Below, in pieces: positions 23,950 to 37,282 of a stretch of DNA of 64,000 nt (the first letter of the stretch is position 1; the number at the start of each line of letters is the position of its first letter). This stretch comes from Octopus sinensis. Taxonomy: Eukaryota. Both the position numbers and the translations under genes were made by a program. The DNA is taken from the NCBI RefSeq assembly GCF_006345805.1, contig NC_042999.1:158720001-158784000 (forward strand), written 5' to 3'. The notes beneath the pieces were generated by a model that did no database searches, was not told where the DNA came from, and saw only the letters and a list, made by a program, of their open reading frames with translations.

Positions 23950-25245
23950 CGACTGTGCAGGGGAACGAGCCGGGTTGGGAGGTTGGCTTAGGGACGAAGC
24001 TGTGGACCAAGAGGTCTCGTAGGATGTGGGCTCGTTTGAAGGAGAGGAGGGGTCAGTTAGTGAAGATGTGCGAAGTGGAGGGGTCGGTTGGAGTCGCCGG
24101 AAGGCTCGGAGAATGGTGCGTTGGAGAGGTAGGGTGGTGGGATGGTAGGTGAGGGGAAACGGGAGACGGGTGACGACGGGGCGGATGCGGGGGAGAGAGG
24201 AGATGCACGATCCATGGATCGTGCTCTGGTAAGGGCGGTGTGGACAGTGGTGAAGGGATATCCATGTAGGATGAAGTGGCGAGCCATGAGTTGAGACTGA
24301 GTCTCAAAGTCATATTCGTTACTACACAGCCTGCGTAGGAGGAATCAGGAATAGGGTATGGAAAGGTTGGTGTGTTTAGGGTGGGAGGAGGAGAAGTTGA
24401 GGTATGAGTGTGAGTCTGTGTGTTTGTAGTGGAGGGAGCTGGTGAGAGTGGAGTGATGAATGCTGACCAAAATGTTAAGAAAGGAGACAGAGGTGTCAGA
24501 AATAGTGCAGGAGAAATGGAGGGCAGGATGGAAAGATTTTACAAAAGAGAAGAAGGAGTCTAGATGTTCGCGGGAGAGTGCGGTCGCACCGATACAGTCG
24601 TCAATATAACGGCCGTATAGTTCGGGAGTGGGACCAGTTAAACTTGAGAATATTTGGGCCTCAACGTAGCCAACGAACAGGTTTGCATATTTAGCACCCA
24701 TTCTCGTTCCCATGGCCGCTCTCGAGGGTTGCTGGTAAAAATCACCAGTGAACGAGAAGCAGTTGAGTGAGAGGACAAGTTCGTCCAGACGAACGAGTGT
24801 GGATGTGTCGTGTTGGGGGTTGGGTCGAAAGTCATGGAAATGTTGGAGTGCACGCAGCCCCTCGTGGTGAGGGATCACCGTGTAAAGGTTCTGGATGTCG
24901 AAAATGAAAAGAAGTTTAGAAGGGCCAGGAGAGAAGGAGAAGGAGTTGAACAAACGAAGCATGTGGTTGGTCTCATGGATGTGAGGGGATAGGGAAGCTA
25001 CTAGGAGGGCAAGGATAGGGTCAAGATATCTGGAGATGGGTTCGGTGGGGTAGTTGCAGGCGGAGACGCTGTGGTGACCGGGGTTGTTGGGTTTGTGTAT
25101 TTTGGGGAGGAAGTAAATAGTAGGGGTGCGAGGGGTGCAGACAGTGAGGTTGAAGGCGTTAGGGGGAGACGGGAGGAGGAGAAGAGGTCATGGATAGGGG
25201 AGGACACAGTCTGTTGGTAGCTGGGCATGCGGTCAGAGGGCAGAG
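23950..25245 (-). mobile_element. Penelope-like element (PLE) reverse transcriptase fragment
   Basis: LFIFDIQNLYTVIPHHEGL; AMGTRMGAKYANLFVG; RYIDD; VSFLNI; YKHTDSHSYLNFSSSHP; ends at PGSFPC just before the expected Cys/GIY-YIG region; 5' end abuts (TACA)n at 25246-25298. Confidence 0.93.
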
Positions 25246-26788
25246 TATGTATGTATGTATGTATGTATGTATGTATGTATGTATGTATGTATGTATGTAT
25301 AATTTGAATCAGTACTATGGAGCGGAATGAAGTCAAATAACATTATAGAAGTAATATATCCCATCTAAATAATCATTTTGTCGTATAGCCTTAGAAATAC
25401 ATATGGAAAATATGAGATATTAATAATTGAAAATTGTTCGTAGTTTACGGAGCTAACTGCAATGGATGGAGCTACACTCCATCCATTTGCAAATAAACAG
25501 AATTAGAAATCAGCAGATTAGCGCAGGTGAATTCAAATTATAAAAGCATCAACAAATGCTTCTCTCAGGGAAAATATTGAAATATAGCCAAATGTAGTAT
25601 AACAGACCGAAAAAAAAACCGCTGTATCTACAAATATGCAACATTTCGTAATTCGTAAACGTTTATACTCTGAACATGTAAAAAACATTAACTTCTTTGA
25701 GCAAAATTACAAATGACAACTGAAAAACTATGAATGGAAAAGTAAAGTACCCTCTAGTAAATCCCGATCGCAGAAAACGAAATTGCCTCCTGGAAAATTC
25801 ATTAAAAGGTGAACTAAAGAGGCGAGCATGGTCCTAATGACTTGGCCTGCTCTAAGCAAGTTCGTGTAGATCGGAAGGGGACAACTGAAAGACGATATTT
25901 GGGGTTGTATTCAAGGTGACCGTGATTTTCAGTAGTTTCTAGAAGATCCTTGCTTGTAACATTGTTTTCTTTGTAGAAAATAACACAGTATATTTTATAT
26001 ATTTAGTAATCTAAACCAGTGCATAGTAGAAGTGCATGTACGCTTCAAACTGGCGTAATTCATTGCTGAGGCACAAAAAAATATGAAACCATTCAATTTG
26101 GTATGGAAATCAACATATATTATCACTTGAATATATAGCACAATGATGATTCAGATTTAGGTAGAAGGCCAGCAATTTTAAAGCGGGGACTTAGTGGAAG
26201 CTTTCGCACACAGCACTAGACTGAAGATGATTTTTTCAGATCCCAAGACGGTAGTTTTGACATCAGAAGGTAAAGATTTGGAATAAATACACCCAAGGAT
26301 ATTGTTCGACGCACTAACCATTTTCCCAGATCACCACCATAATAATAATCAAAGGGCATGAGGTCTGAAATTGTTTTAGGAGAGGTGGGTGGTCGATTAC
26401 ATCGACCCAGTGCTCAACTGGGATTTAATCTATTCGGAAAAGATAGATGAAAAGCAAAGTCGACTTCGGTGGATTTCCAAATCAGTTCGTAAAATCGTAC
26501 AATATACCGCTAAGATTTTCGTCTAACCTACTGACGCCGACTCCTCCTATAAGTGTTTCAAAATTTAGCGCACGGCCAGAAATTTCGGGGTAAGGTGTAA
26601 GTTTATAACATCGACCTAAGTAATCAACTGGTACTCATTTTATCGACCCCGAACGGGTGTAAGGCAAATTCGATTTCGGCGGGATTTGTGAGGTGTACGA
26701 ACGTTTCAGCCTGGCTATCACCACCATCACCACCACTACAACCAATAATAATAATAATATTAATAATAATAATAAGAAGAAGAAGAAA

Positions 26789-27885
26789 GTCTTATACAGC
26801 TACATAAGGTCTTATACAGCTAAAAAGCTATTACAAAGTAACGACCATAGGCTACAGAAATATCTACTTCAGTAGGAAGGAAAAATAATAAAAATAGCCA
26901 CAAAACACGAACAAAAGAAAAGGCTGTTTTCTGTCTCTAAGGAAACTGACAAATACCAGAAAAAAAGTACCTAACAATTATGAAGAAAAAGAAGAAATAA
27001 CAAATGCTGTAAAACAACCGAAATCCAAACTAAAACTGGAACGGCAAAGGACCATGATAAAACGATGGCAAGAAATACCCCCACATGTTAAATATTGGGT
27101 TACAGTAAATAGACAAAGCAAAATCTCAACAATGACTGAGAAGCTCAGAACTCAAAGCAGAGACGGAAAGATTTTTAACTGCAGTACAAGATCAAAGCCT
27201 TCTCACCAGAAATTACCAAAAATATGTAATAAAAAGAAATCATATGATCTTTGGTTACTCAGTCTTAGCTAAGAAGGAATATATTCACAGACACGACAGA
27301 GTTGGGACCTATGTGCACTCTAAGCTATGCCAATAATATGGAATAACAACAGAAAACAGATGGTATAGGCACATACCAGAAAAAGTTCATAGAAAATGGG
27401 AAAGCAACCATAATCTGGGATATGCCAATACACACAGATAGAGAAATCAAGTCCAATTGGCCGGATATAATTGTCAGAGATCACCAAGAAAAATGCTTTC
27501 TAATCGAAGTGTCAATACCAACGGATGACAATGATTCTCTCAAAGAAATGGAGAAACTTTCTAAGTACAAAGATCTGGCAACAGAGGTAAATTGAATGTG
27601 GATGCTAAAAAGAAAAACAATTCCTATCATAGTAGGCGCATTCAGTATGATGAAAAGATATTCAGACAAATACATAACAAAACACCATGACTAACATGTA
27701 TATATCTCATAAAAAAATAGTACTACTAGCTTCACATACATCCTACGTAAAATACGTTTAATATAGTAAAAATAAAAGCACCACAACAAACCACATCGCA
27801 TACCCAAGGCACACAGAGGTGCACACGGTACTGCAGTGAAAGCACGTGATAAAAATAAGACTAATGAATAATAGTAAAAAAATAA
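26789..27885 (+). mobile_element. 5'-truncated R4/Dong-clade LINE with 3' UTR
   Basis: KRWQE.P.H.KYW; HRHDRVGTYVH; IIWDMPIHTDREIKSNWPDIIVRD...LIEVSIP...EKLSKYKDL; 3' UTR ending GTGAAAGCACGTGATAAAAATAAGACTAATGAATAAT; upstream (AAT)n(AAG)n. Confidence 0.9.
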
Positions 27886-27888
27886 TGA

Positions 27889-28218
27889 GGAGACACCCTT
27901 CAGTCATGAATGACCATGGGATTGCACGTAGAAAGTTACCCTCCCAGGTCCGGGCAGGTTGTTTGTAGAAGGCCAGCAGTCGCCCATGCATATCAAGCTC
28001 CCCTCTCCACTCCACTGATGTTATCCAAGGGAAAGGCAAAGTCCGATACAGCTTGGCACCAGGGATGTTACAACTCATTTCTACAGCTGATGTAGCTGGA
28101 GCAACCCGAAATAAAGTGTCTTGCTCAAGAACACATCACGCAGCCCGGTCCAGGAATCGAACTCACAACCTCACGATCGTAAGCTCGAAGCTCTAGCCAC
28201 TCAGCCATGCGCATTCAC
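27889..28218 (-). mobile_element. tRNA-derived SINE, family 3
   Basis: Minus strand: A-box TGGCTGAGTGG, B-box GAGTTCGATTCC, then GTGTTCTTGAGCAAGACACTTTATTTC; tail ...CCCATGGTCATTCATGACTGAAGGG. Confidence 0.88.
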
Positions 28219-28223
28219 TAAAA

Positions 28224-28270
<47 letters not shown>

Positions 28271-28271
<1 letters not shown>

Positions 28272-28436
28272 GGTCATGTGCTGTTTATCTTGATATGAGA
28301 TCACCATGTCGCGCACAAATGGTTGTGATGCATGTGCCTGGTGTACCTTTATCAGACGGGTAGTCATGATGGGTATATTGGGCTTCGTATATTTTACCCT
28401 AGTGTCACTTTGATGGCATGAACTGCTCTCTCAGTC
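28271..28436 (+). mobile_element. 5'-truncated copy of the 556-bp (AAT)n-flanked element
   Basis: Matches the last ~166 bp of 29202-29757 (about 5 substitutions by my count); (AAT)n on both sides. Confidence 0.9.
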
Positions 28437-28456
28437 AATAATAATAATAATAATAT

Positions 28457-28718
28457 TACATTATTTACATTATTTACATTTGACTGATATTTGTCCTCAT
28501 CTTGTTTGTTGCTAACACAACGTTTCAGCTGATATACCCACCAGCCTTCATCAAGTGTCTTGGGAAATTTCGAAAAATACCTTTGGAATGAGAAGCCAGG
28601 TTCGAAATTTCCCCAATACACATGGTGAAGGCAGGTGGGTGTATCGGCCGAAACGTTGTGCTAACAACGAACAAGATGAGGGCAAAGATCCATCAAATGA
28701 AAATAATGAAATAATGTA
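28457..28718. mobile_element. Inverted pair of Penelope-type pLTR fragments, each with a decayed minimal hammerhead
   Basis: Minus arm 28514-60: AGACAC-TTGATGAA-GGCTG..CAGCT-GAAA-CG-TT-GTGTT. Plus arm 28616-62: ATACAC-ATGGTGAA-GGCAG..CGGCC-GAAA-CG-TT-GTGCT. Arms ~120 bp around a ~25-nt spacer. Confidence 0.75.
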
Positions 28719-28809
28719 TCTTCTGTGTGAAACGTCTGGCTGCATATACGTTAGCATATGTCAGGTGCATACAATTGACAACACAGTTAATTAATATTTA
28801 TTCAGTGAG

Positions 28810-29100
28810 TTCTATTCAACACATGTTTACACGTGGAATCCATTAGATGAAGGCACTTTCAAAGTTTTGGCCGATAAAGTTGAACTGAAAAACCCTACAA
28901 CGAGGCATGAATTGCACGAAGCCGTCTTGTAGTCTTGGGAAGAGCTATCTGAGCGGAAAATTCGTGGATGTATTCAACATTAAACTCGTGTTCGGCGTCA
29001 AATAGTTGACTGTCGTAGTGGTAACAGATTCGTGTAATAAATTTTGTGTTTCTTTTTGTTTCATAATATATATTTTTTCGGATGCAGCCAGACTTTCTCT
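28810..29100 (+). mobile_element. Tc1-like transposase C-terminal relic
   Basis: NPLDEGTFKVLADKVELKNPTTRHELHEAVL*SWEELSERKIR...IVDCRSG resembles Tc1 C-termini. Confidence 0.5.
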
Positions 29101-29121
29101 TAAATATATTACTGGAATGCG

Positions 29122-29201
<80 letters not shown>

Positions 29202-29203
<2 letters not shown>

Positions 29204-29757
29204 GCCCTGATGCAGTACCAGGCAGTGGCTCTCATGGTTTCTGATCTTAACTGATTGGAAGTGTTATCATGTACATTGTTTTGTCTTGGTATAAAAGATG
29301 GGCTACAGCAAATATTCTGCTCAATACCACAGATTTGCTAGTCAGTTGTTTGACCTTAACCAGTTGAGCATGTCCCTTAGTGGCTGACGATATGTGCATC
29401 TCTGATCACGAGCAGAAGTAGTGGGGGAGCATCATAGCCATGTGTTGAGAGGGATTCTTTGGGGTTCGAATAATTCACCTCTGGAAACATGGGTGGTTCT
29501 CTCAACATCCTTAAACAACCCTTATTCAGGGACCTTTTGAGCGGGATGGGCTACTCAGCCTGAAGAAAATTCTAACTGGGCCCCACCTGCAAGGTCATGT
29601 GCTGTTTATCTTGATATGAGATCAGCATGTCACGCACATATGGTTGTGATGCATGTGCCTGGTGTACCTTTATCAGACGGGTAGTCATGATGGGTATATT
29701 GGGCTTCGTATATTTTACCCTAGTGTCACTTTGATGGCATGCACTGCTCTCTCACTC
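29202..29757 (+). mobile_element. 556-bp non-coding retroposed element embedded in (AAT)n
   Basis: Starts ATGCCCTGATGCAGTACCAGG directly after (AAT)n, ends GCACTGCTCTCTCACTC-(AAT)n; no long ORF, no B-box seen; truncated sibling at 28271. Confidence 0.85.
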
Positions 29758-29879
29758 AATAATAATAATAATAAATTTCACGCCTTCGATCTGCAGTATT
29801 TCCAATCATATCATCTTCATCTTCATCATTGTCATGATTATTATTACTATTATTATTATTATTATTATTATTATCATTA

Positions 29880-29923
<44 letters not shown>

Positions 29924-29974
29924 TATTATTATATTATTATTATATTATTATTATCATTGTCATTACTTTTAATC

Positions 29975-31110
<1,136 letters not shown>

Positions 31111-31119
31111 CAGTTCTCC

Positions 31120-31680
31120 AGTTCGTCCACTGAAGGATATGTGAAAAGTACGGCCTGAACAGAGAAGAAAAAACATAAGATAGTGTGAGATTTTACAATC
31201 TAATGTAACTCCCTAATTGAGGTTTGGAGACCAGATATTGTTGTGCTAGATAAAAGAAAAAGGAAACCAAGATTATAAATATTGCTATACTTTGAGATAC
31301 ACGCTTCAGTGACAAAGAGCTAGAAAACTGTGAAAAGTACAGACTACTAAAAGACGAAATTGCAAGAATGTGGACTATGAGGAGAGTGTTTGTCATTCCA
31401 GTAGTTTTAGGGGCAGTTGGAGCACTAACAACCAAGTTCGCGAAATATGTCAAAGAAATCGAAATTGACATGAGAACAGAGCAAACTAAAACAACTGCTC
31501 TGTTGGGGACAGCTGGGATTTTGAGATTGGTACTTGAATGTCTACCACGATAATTAACAACCAATTATAAAAGATTATAATGTGTGGAAAGAGACCCTGT
31601 TAGACTTCTGATGGCAAGCTGCTGTCCGCTTTCACAGAATCTACCAGAACAAATAAGACCGAACGTTCTGAGGAGTAAAA
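31120..31680 (+). mobile_element. R4/Dong LINE 3' end (third subfamily)
   Basis: ICEKYGL; WRPDIVVLDKRK; EKYRLLKDEIARMWTMRRVFVIPVVLGAVG; LLGTAGILRLVL; followed by a (TAC)n/(AAT)n tail. Confidence 0.88.
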
Positions 31681-31753
<73 letters not shown>

Positions 31754-32229
31754 ACTACTACTACTACTACTACTACTAATAATAATAATAATAACAATAA
31801 TAATAATAATAATAACGGCTGTTGATTCAGGTAGAAGGAGAGCAATTATGAGTGGAGTGCGTTAGGCCATAATATCTTCTTCAATATATGACTGATAATT
31901 TATTTTCTGCACATTATAAGCATGAAAGGCAAAGTTGATCTCTCAGCGTGCTTTGAACTTAGATCGTAAAGAGCCGGAAGAATTACAAGACCTTTTGTCC
32001 TGAGATTAATCAATTCTGCAAAACCACCACAATTTTAGTATTCAATTTATTTTCTTTTATTTAGGCATATGGTTTGAAATATGATGTGTGTGAATATTCG
32101 ATTATCAATACTAAATGGATGAAAGATGAGTTCACATCGGCAGGATTTGAATAAAAACAACATAAAGATACTCAGCAAGGCGCTTTTTCTGATGTTCTAA
32201 CGTTTCTACCTACCCATCATTGCAATAAT

Positions 32230-33938
32230 GATTTCTAGTTTAAGCAAACGACCAGCAACTTTGACGAGAACGGTTCAGTCGATGTCGTTAAGTATTTTGT
32301 CCGGTGTACTAAGTTAGCCTTCTCTACCTCTTCGCCTCTGTACAAGAAGACCAACAATTCGACTTCCTCCGGGGACAAGGTAGTCACTTCTACCGTCGGC
32401 GGCTCAATTCCCACCGACAGTGTCTCTTCCCCTGCCGGTAGCACAAACCCCACGACGAGGCTCCGGGACATTCCGGTACTATGTTACCGATTGCCGGCAA
32501 TGTTCCGTTTCTCTTCCGCTTCCTCTTTTTTCTTCTCACCTGAGGGAGGGTACGTCTCCTCCGTGACCAGGAGATTCGCCTTCCCACCCTCATCCCTAGG
32601 ATCTTTCGGTGAGCACCCACTCTTGCTCACACCTTCCTCTTGCAGCCTTTCTTTGAGGAATCCTCCGCCTCCTCGGTCGCCTTCGTTCCCTCTTCTACAG
32701 AGGTCTCAAACAACTGCTCCAGGACCTTACTTTGTTCCTGGGGAAAGTTTTTTTCTTTATATGTCCAAGCTCCAGGCACTGATGACACTGCGGGGGGGGG
32801 GGCACCCTCAAGAATCACCTGCACCTGGCTATTTTCAAAAAATCTGGAATACCAGAATTTTTGTATTGTGTCCACAGGATCAAAACCGCTTTTGACCCTG
32901 CCCAATGAGCCGTAGGTAAAATTTTTACATTGAGGAGCTTGGCTCCGTTGCCACTCAGATCCCGTCGGATAGTGTCCTCTATCCACTCGGGTTCTATTCC
33001 GGGTGGCAAGCCACAGACCCAAGCCCTCGTCAACTTCCACCCACAATACGTGGGAAGAAACAAAATCTCTCTGCCCTCCAAGGGCTGGCTTGCAAATGTG
33101 CGAGCCTCCTCGGGGCTTTTAAATAGCAACCACGCCGTTGCTTGTTTGACCCCCCCTGGAGATGAATTTAATAGTTGACAGATACTCTGCCAACCCTCTT
33201 TCGATAACATTCTTTTGAAATAGAGCGATGTTGTCGAGAGACTTGTAGTAAGTCCTCAACACCACCGTTCTCATATCACAGCCTTTCAACCACTGTTTTT
33301 GAGTGACAATTTCCATTGTCTTTGTTCTTTGCCATGCTATTTATTTTTAAATAAAAAGTCCCAAAACAGTTCAGATAAAAATTCAAAAACAGAAGATAGA
33401 AAACATATCAAAAGACAGTGACAACTAAAAGGAAAGAAGAAAAAAGAAAACACTTCAATAAAAAGGAAGTCACAAAAAAGATAGAAGACAAAACAGTTCA
33501 AAAAAATCTCCTGGCCACTTGGTAATCCAGACCTATTTGGTACTCCAATTAGAACCTGGAACGACACAACTAGGAACATAGCTTCCACTAAATTTGGTAA
33601 AAGTTGTTGTATCTTCGATATATTCACACAATTTTTGAAAGAAACTCTTCACAAAAAGTGAACAAATTTTTGGAAGCGAGATACACCTCCAAAACAATAA
33701 TTCTCACAATTAAGTGAGAAAAACTATTCACCCAACTGCAGGCAGACTTGAGTCCGGAATCCAGTGAGGACTTCTTATTTGTAAAAAAATAATTACGGTA
33801 AACAACAAATACCCACTGGACTCAAAAAACAAAAGTCTTACCTTAGAGTTGAGCTTTTTTTTTAATCACTATTTCACAGCTTCAAAGCTGCGTGGTGACT
33901 TCAATCAGTGTTACGAACAACACTGACAACGAAACACA
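32230..33938 (-). mobile_element. 5' UTR plus gag-like ORF1 of an L1/Tx1-like LINE; ORF2 absent
   Basis: Frameshifted ORF1 MEIVTQKQWLK...FKSPEEARTFA...WVCGLPPGIEPEW...VILEGAPPPQCHQCLELGHIKKNFP (decayed CCHC knuckle), then a Lys/Glu-rich tail; A-rich 5' UTR with a terminal hairpin at 33905-26. Clade assignment is tentative. Confidence 0.6.
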
Positions 33939-34542
33939 TGCGCAGTGGGAAACAAGCTTCTTACCACACAGTCATATCTGCGCCTATGTATAGATGCATA
34001 TATATACACACATACACAATCATATGTATGTGTGTGTGTGTGTGGGGGGGGGTTTAGCTACATATATGTATGCATATATACACAAATATATTTATAGATT
34101 TTTCTCTATTTCATTATGCTTCATGTGGTTGTTATAGTGACTCTGCATCATTCCCATCTCAAATTTTTATATTGAAGAAATATATGTTGGAGATATTTTG
34201 TGTAACATTTTCAAGCTAGAAATGGCTTCATTTATTTCTTACTTTATTTATTTATTTATTTATTTATTATTTATTTATTTATTATTTATTTATTTATTTA
34301 TTTATTCATTTATCTATTTCTGTAAGTTATAAACATTGAATCAAAATTCCAACCTTATTCCTTGCTTTGAAAATATCTGAAATGAAGAGGAAAAATTAAA
34401 AGAGTTTACCGAAAACAGAATCGTTTTGTAGTTCCGGTCTATTAATCTTGGTTTTTTTTTTGTTTCTATTTTTGGAATAAAATTTCCGTCGCGATAATTA
34501 TCTATTTGAGGAAACCTAGTTTTAGGTTGATAACAAACATAT

Positions 34543-34704
34543 GGCGCAGGTGTGGCTGTGTGGTAAGTAGCTTGCTAACAAACCACATGGTTCCCGTTTC
34601 AGTCCCGCTGCGTGGCATCTTGGGCAAGTGTCATCTGCTATAGCCTCGGGCCGACCAATGCCTTGTGAGTGGATTTGGTAGACGGAAACTGAAAGAAGCC
34701 CGTC

Positions 34705-34773
<69 letters not shown>

Positions 34774-34994
34774 TGTGTGTGTGTTTGTGTGTCTGTGTTT
34801 GTCCCCCTAGCATTGTTTGACAACCGATGCTGGTGTGTTTACGTCCCCGTCACTTAGCGGTTCGGCAAAAGGGTCCGATAGAATAAGTACTGGGCTTACA
34901 AAGAATAAGTCCCGGGGTCGAGTCGCTCGACTAAAGGCGGTGCTCCAGCATGGCCGCAGTCAAATGACTGAAACAAGTAAAAGAGTAAAGAGTA
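34543..34994 (+). mobile_element. Full-length family-2 SINE with long internal (TA)n/(TG)n
   Basis: GGCGCAGGTGTGGCTGTGTGGTAAG head, GTTTCAGTCCC B-box-like motif, CTTGGGCAAGTGTC, internal microsatellite ~34705-34790, tail AAGAGTAAAGAGTA. Confidence 0.92.
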
Positions 34995-36519
34995 ATATAC
35001 ACTCAAAAATATACACATGAACACACAAATCTACACATATACACATGAACACACGTACATATATGTGTGTGAGTGTGTCTGTGTGAATGAGTCAGTGTGC
35101 GTGATTTATATACATTTTCCTTGGTACATGAACTCGTGGTGCGTGATTCTAAATCATCTAATATCATGTATTGCATATTGCCCCCGTTTATTCTCTTATG
35201 CAGTTGGTAGTCATAGCGTTCGATCCAGTTCCCCACCACCAGTCAGCCTAAATGTTCCTTTGGTGTAGTCTTCTTTGTTGCAAACCCCTATTTCCTGCCA
35301 CCGATAGGGAATTATCGCGAACTAACTCCGCATGCAGCATACCCACCTTTATCCCCCTTGATGCGGAAAGCTAATACTAAGTCTGCTTGACATTGCTTTG
35401 TCGAACACAATCTCTGATCATCGATTCGACCAAGGCTCTAAGCATTACCCCCTGGGTAACGTATAAAGCACAAAACTTCAACATTTCTGTGAATAGATTT
35501 ATCATTCTTATTCAAAGTCCTATCAAATACATTTTGCTGGAATTTCATTCGGAAAGGTGGCGTCGGCATATATGTGTATTACATTCTACTTGCCACTCAA
35601 CGCTCTGGAAGTCCTTGTTGTTCATACCTAGGTAGGTATAAACACGCCAGTTCTGTTCTCTTTGTCCAATCCTTCAAATACCTCAGCTCCCTCTATACTC
35701 TTTCACCCTCTAGAAACTAACATCTCTTCCATCGAGGATTTCTGTCTAATTGCACCCAACTTCGATGTCCTCATATTTTGTAATCCTCAACTCATAACAC
35801 TAACAAGCTATACCTGCACAAATCGTTGACACTTCGAACTCTCTATGCTTATTTGTCACTTCCAAGTCCAGCTTTAATTAGAGAAGGGAAGGTAATTGAA
35901 ACTACATCCTCCAAAACTGATGGGAGGCCCGGCTGGTGCTTCTAACGCTGCGCACCCATTGTTAACCGCTTGTGAATTCACCTTAACCGTATTCACCAAA
36001 CAAGTGAGATTAAAAGACAGACTTTGTAGAAGGCAAAAAGCCATGTTCTAGCCAAATCTAGGCAGATATCTGCGATACCCCTTCAAATTTTTTTCAGTTC
36101 CCTGGGACAAACAATAGCGATGGACATCAATAACATTGGTGAACTTTAATTTCTAGCCGATATGAGTAACTATGATACAGCTGGAAGTTTATGGTTGAAC
36201 AAAGGTAAATCGCCTTAGTGAACTGCTCTGTGCTACCAATGGCAAACTATCTTAATAAATATATCTATCAAAGTCTCCTAACATATCAACAAAGTTCACA
36301 TTGCGATTAAGTTGCTTGGAAGTGACTGGAACAACAATCAATGCTGATAAATTAGTGGGTCTGCAGCTCAGCATCTTCAGAAACAAGTCCATGCTGTTTA
36401 ATAGTGTCTAGAGCGTTGGACGGAGGAAGCAGATAAATTACTCGTTGTCTGATTTAGTTCTCAGAGTGGAGTAGAAATGGAATGAGGTAACTAACAGATT
36501 GGCCATTCTCGCTCAGAAT

Positions 36520-37280
36520 TATGTTAGGAGAAAGCTGTCCCAGAAACGTCGGACAGAAGTGACGAACACAGGACTGAAAGCAGATACTGAAGGTTTCATA
36601 TTGACGGCACAAGATCAAAGCTTGCTTACGAAAAACTACCGATATGATGGAAACTGCATTTCTTCAAAACGGTTTTGACCCTAAATGTAGATTCTGCGAT
36701 AAATTTGATGAACCAATAGACCATCTCGTTTCAGGATGTTCTGTGCTCACACCAAACAAATACAAAAATCGTAACGATATGGTAGGACACTATTTACATT
36801 GGAAAATATGTAAACACTACAAAATCAGCACTCTTGCTTACTGGTATTAACCTGATCCTGAGCCAGTCATTAAAGGTAATAATGTCACTATCCTCTGTGA
36901 TTTTCAAGCAACACCTACGGAACTATCCAACTTAATCGACCAGACATATTCATTAAAGACAGAGAAGAAAATACTCGTAGACTAATTGGCGTAAGTGTTG
37001 TCACTGATAAAAATATATCTGTAAAGGAATTTGACAAATTAAGTAGATATAAGGACCTACAAATTGAAATAAAAGAGATATAGCATCTTAAAGGGAAAAC
37101 TGTTCCTGTTATTGTGGGTGCCCTAAGTATGAAAAGAAAGGGATGTCAGGAACATTTAGATAATATGCCAGGAGAACCATGTCTCAGAGAAATCCAAAAG
37201 ATTGTATTGACAAGTTTTGCCCACATCCTTAGAAAACCCCTCTCAATTTAAATGCATATATTACATGAAGATATCTTGCT
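36520..37280 (+). mobile_element. R4/Dong LINE 3' region with CCHC finger and endonuclease
   Basis: GLKADTEGFILTAQDQSL; CRFCDKFDEPIDHLVSGC; HWKICKHY; KEFDKLSRYKDLQ; TVPVIVGAL; same subfamily as 29975-30616. Confidence 0.9.
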
Positions 37281-37282
37281 AA

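Noticed and set aside
26692-26720. Reverse-strand GGCTGAAACGTTCGTACAC (3' half of a minimal hammerhead)
   Set aside because: The CUGANGA half is missing and replaced by microsatellite.
27889-28218. tRNA gene call for the SINE heads
   Set aside because: A/B boxes are present, but acceptor and anticodon stems do not close and the heads run into SINE bodies.
35380-36000. RKGGVGIYV motif (and LLGDFNIK near 40020) suggesting ancient LINE endonucleases
   Set aside because: Single isolated motifs; not enough to delimit or classify an element.
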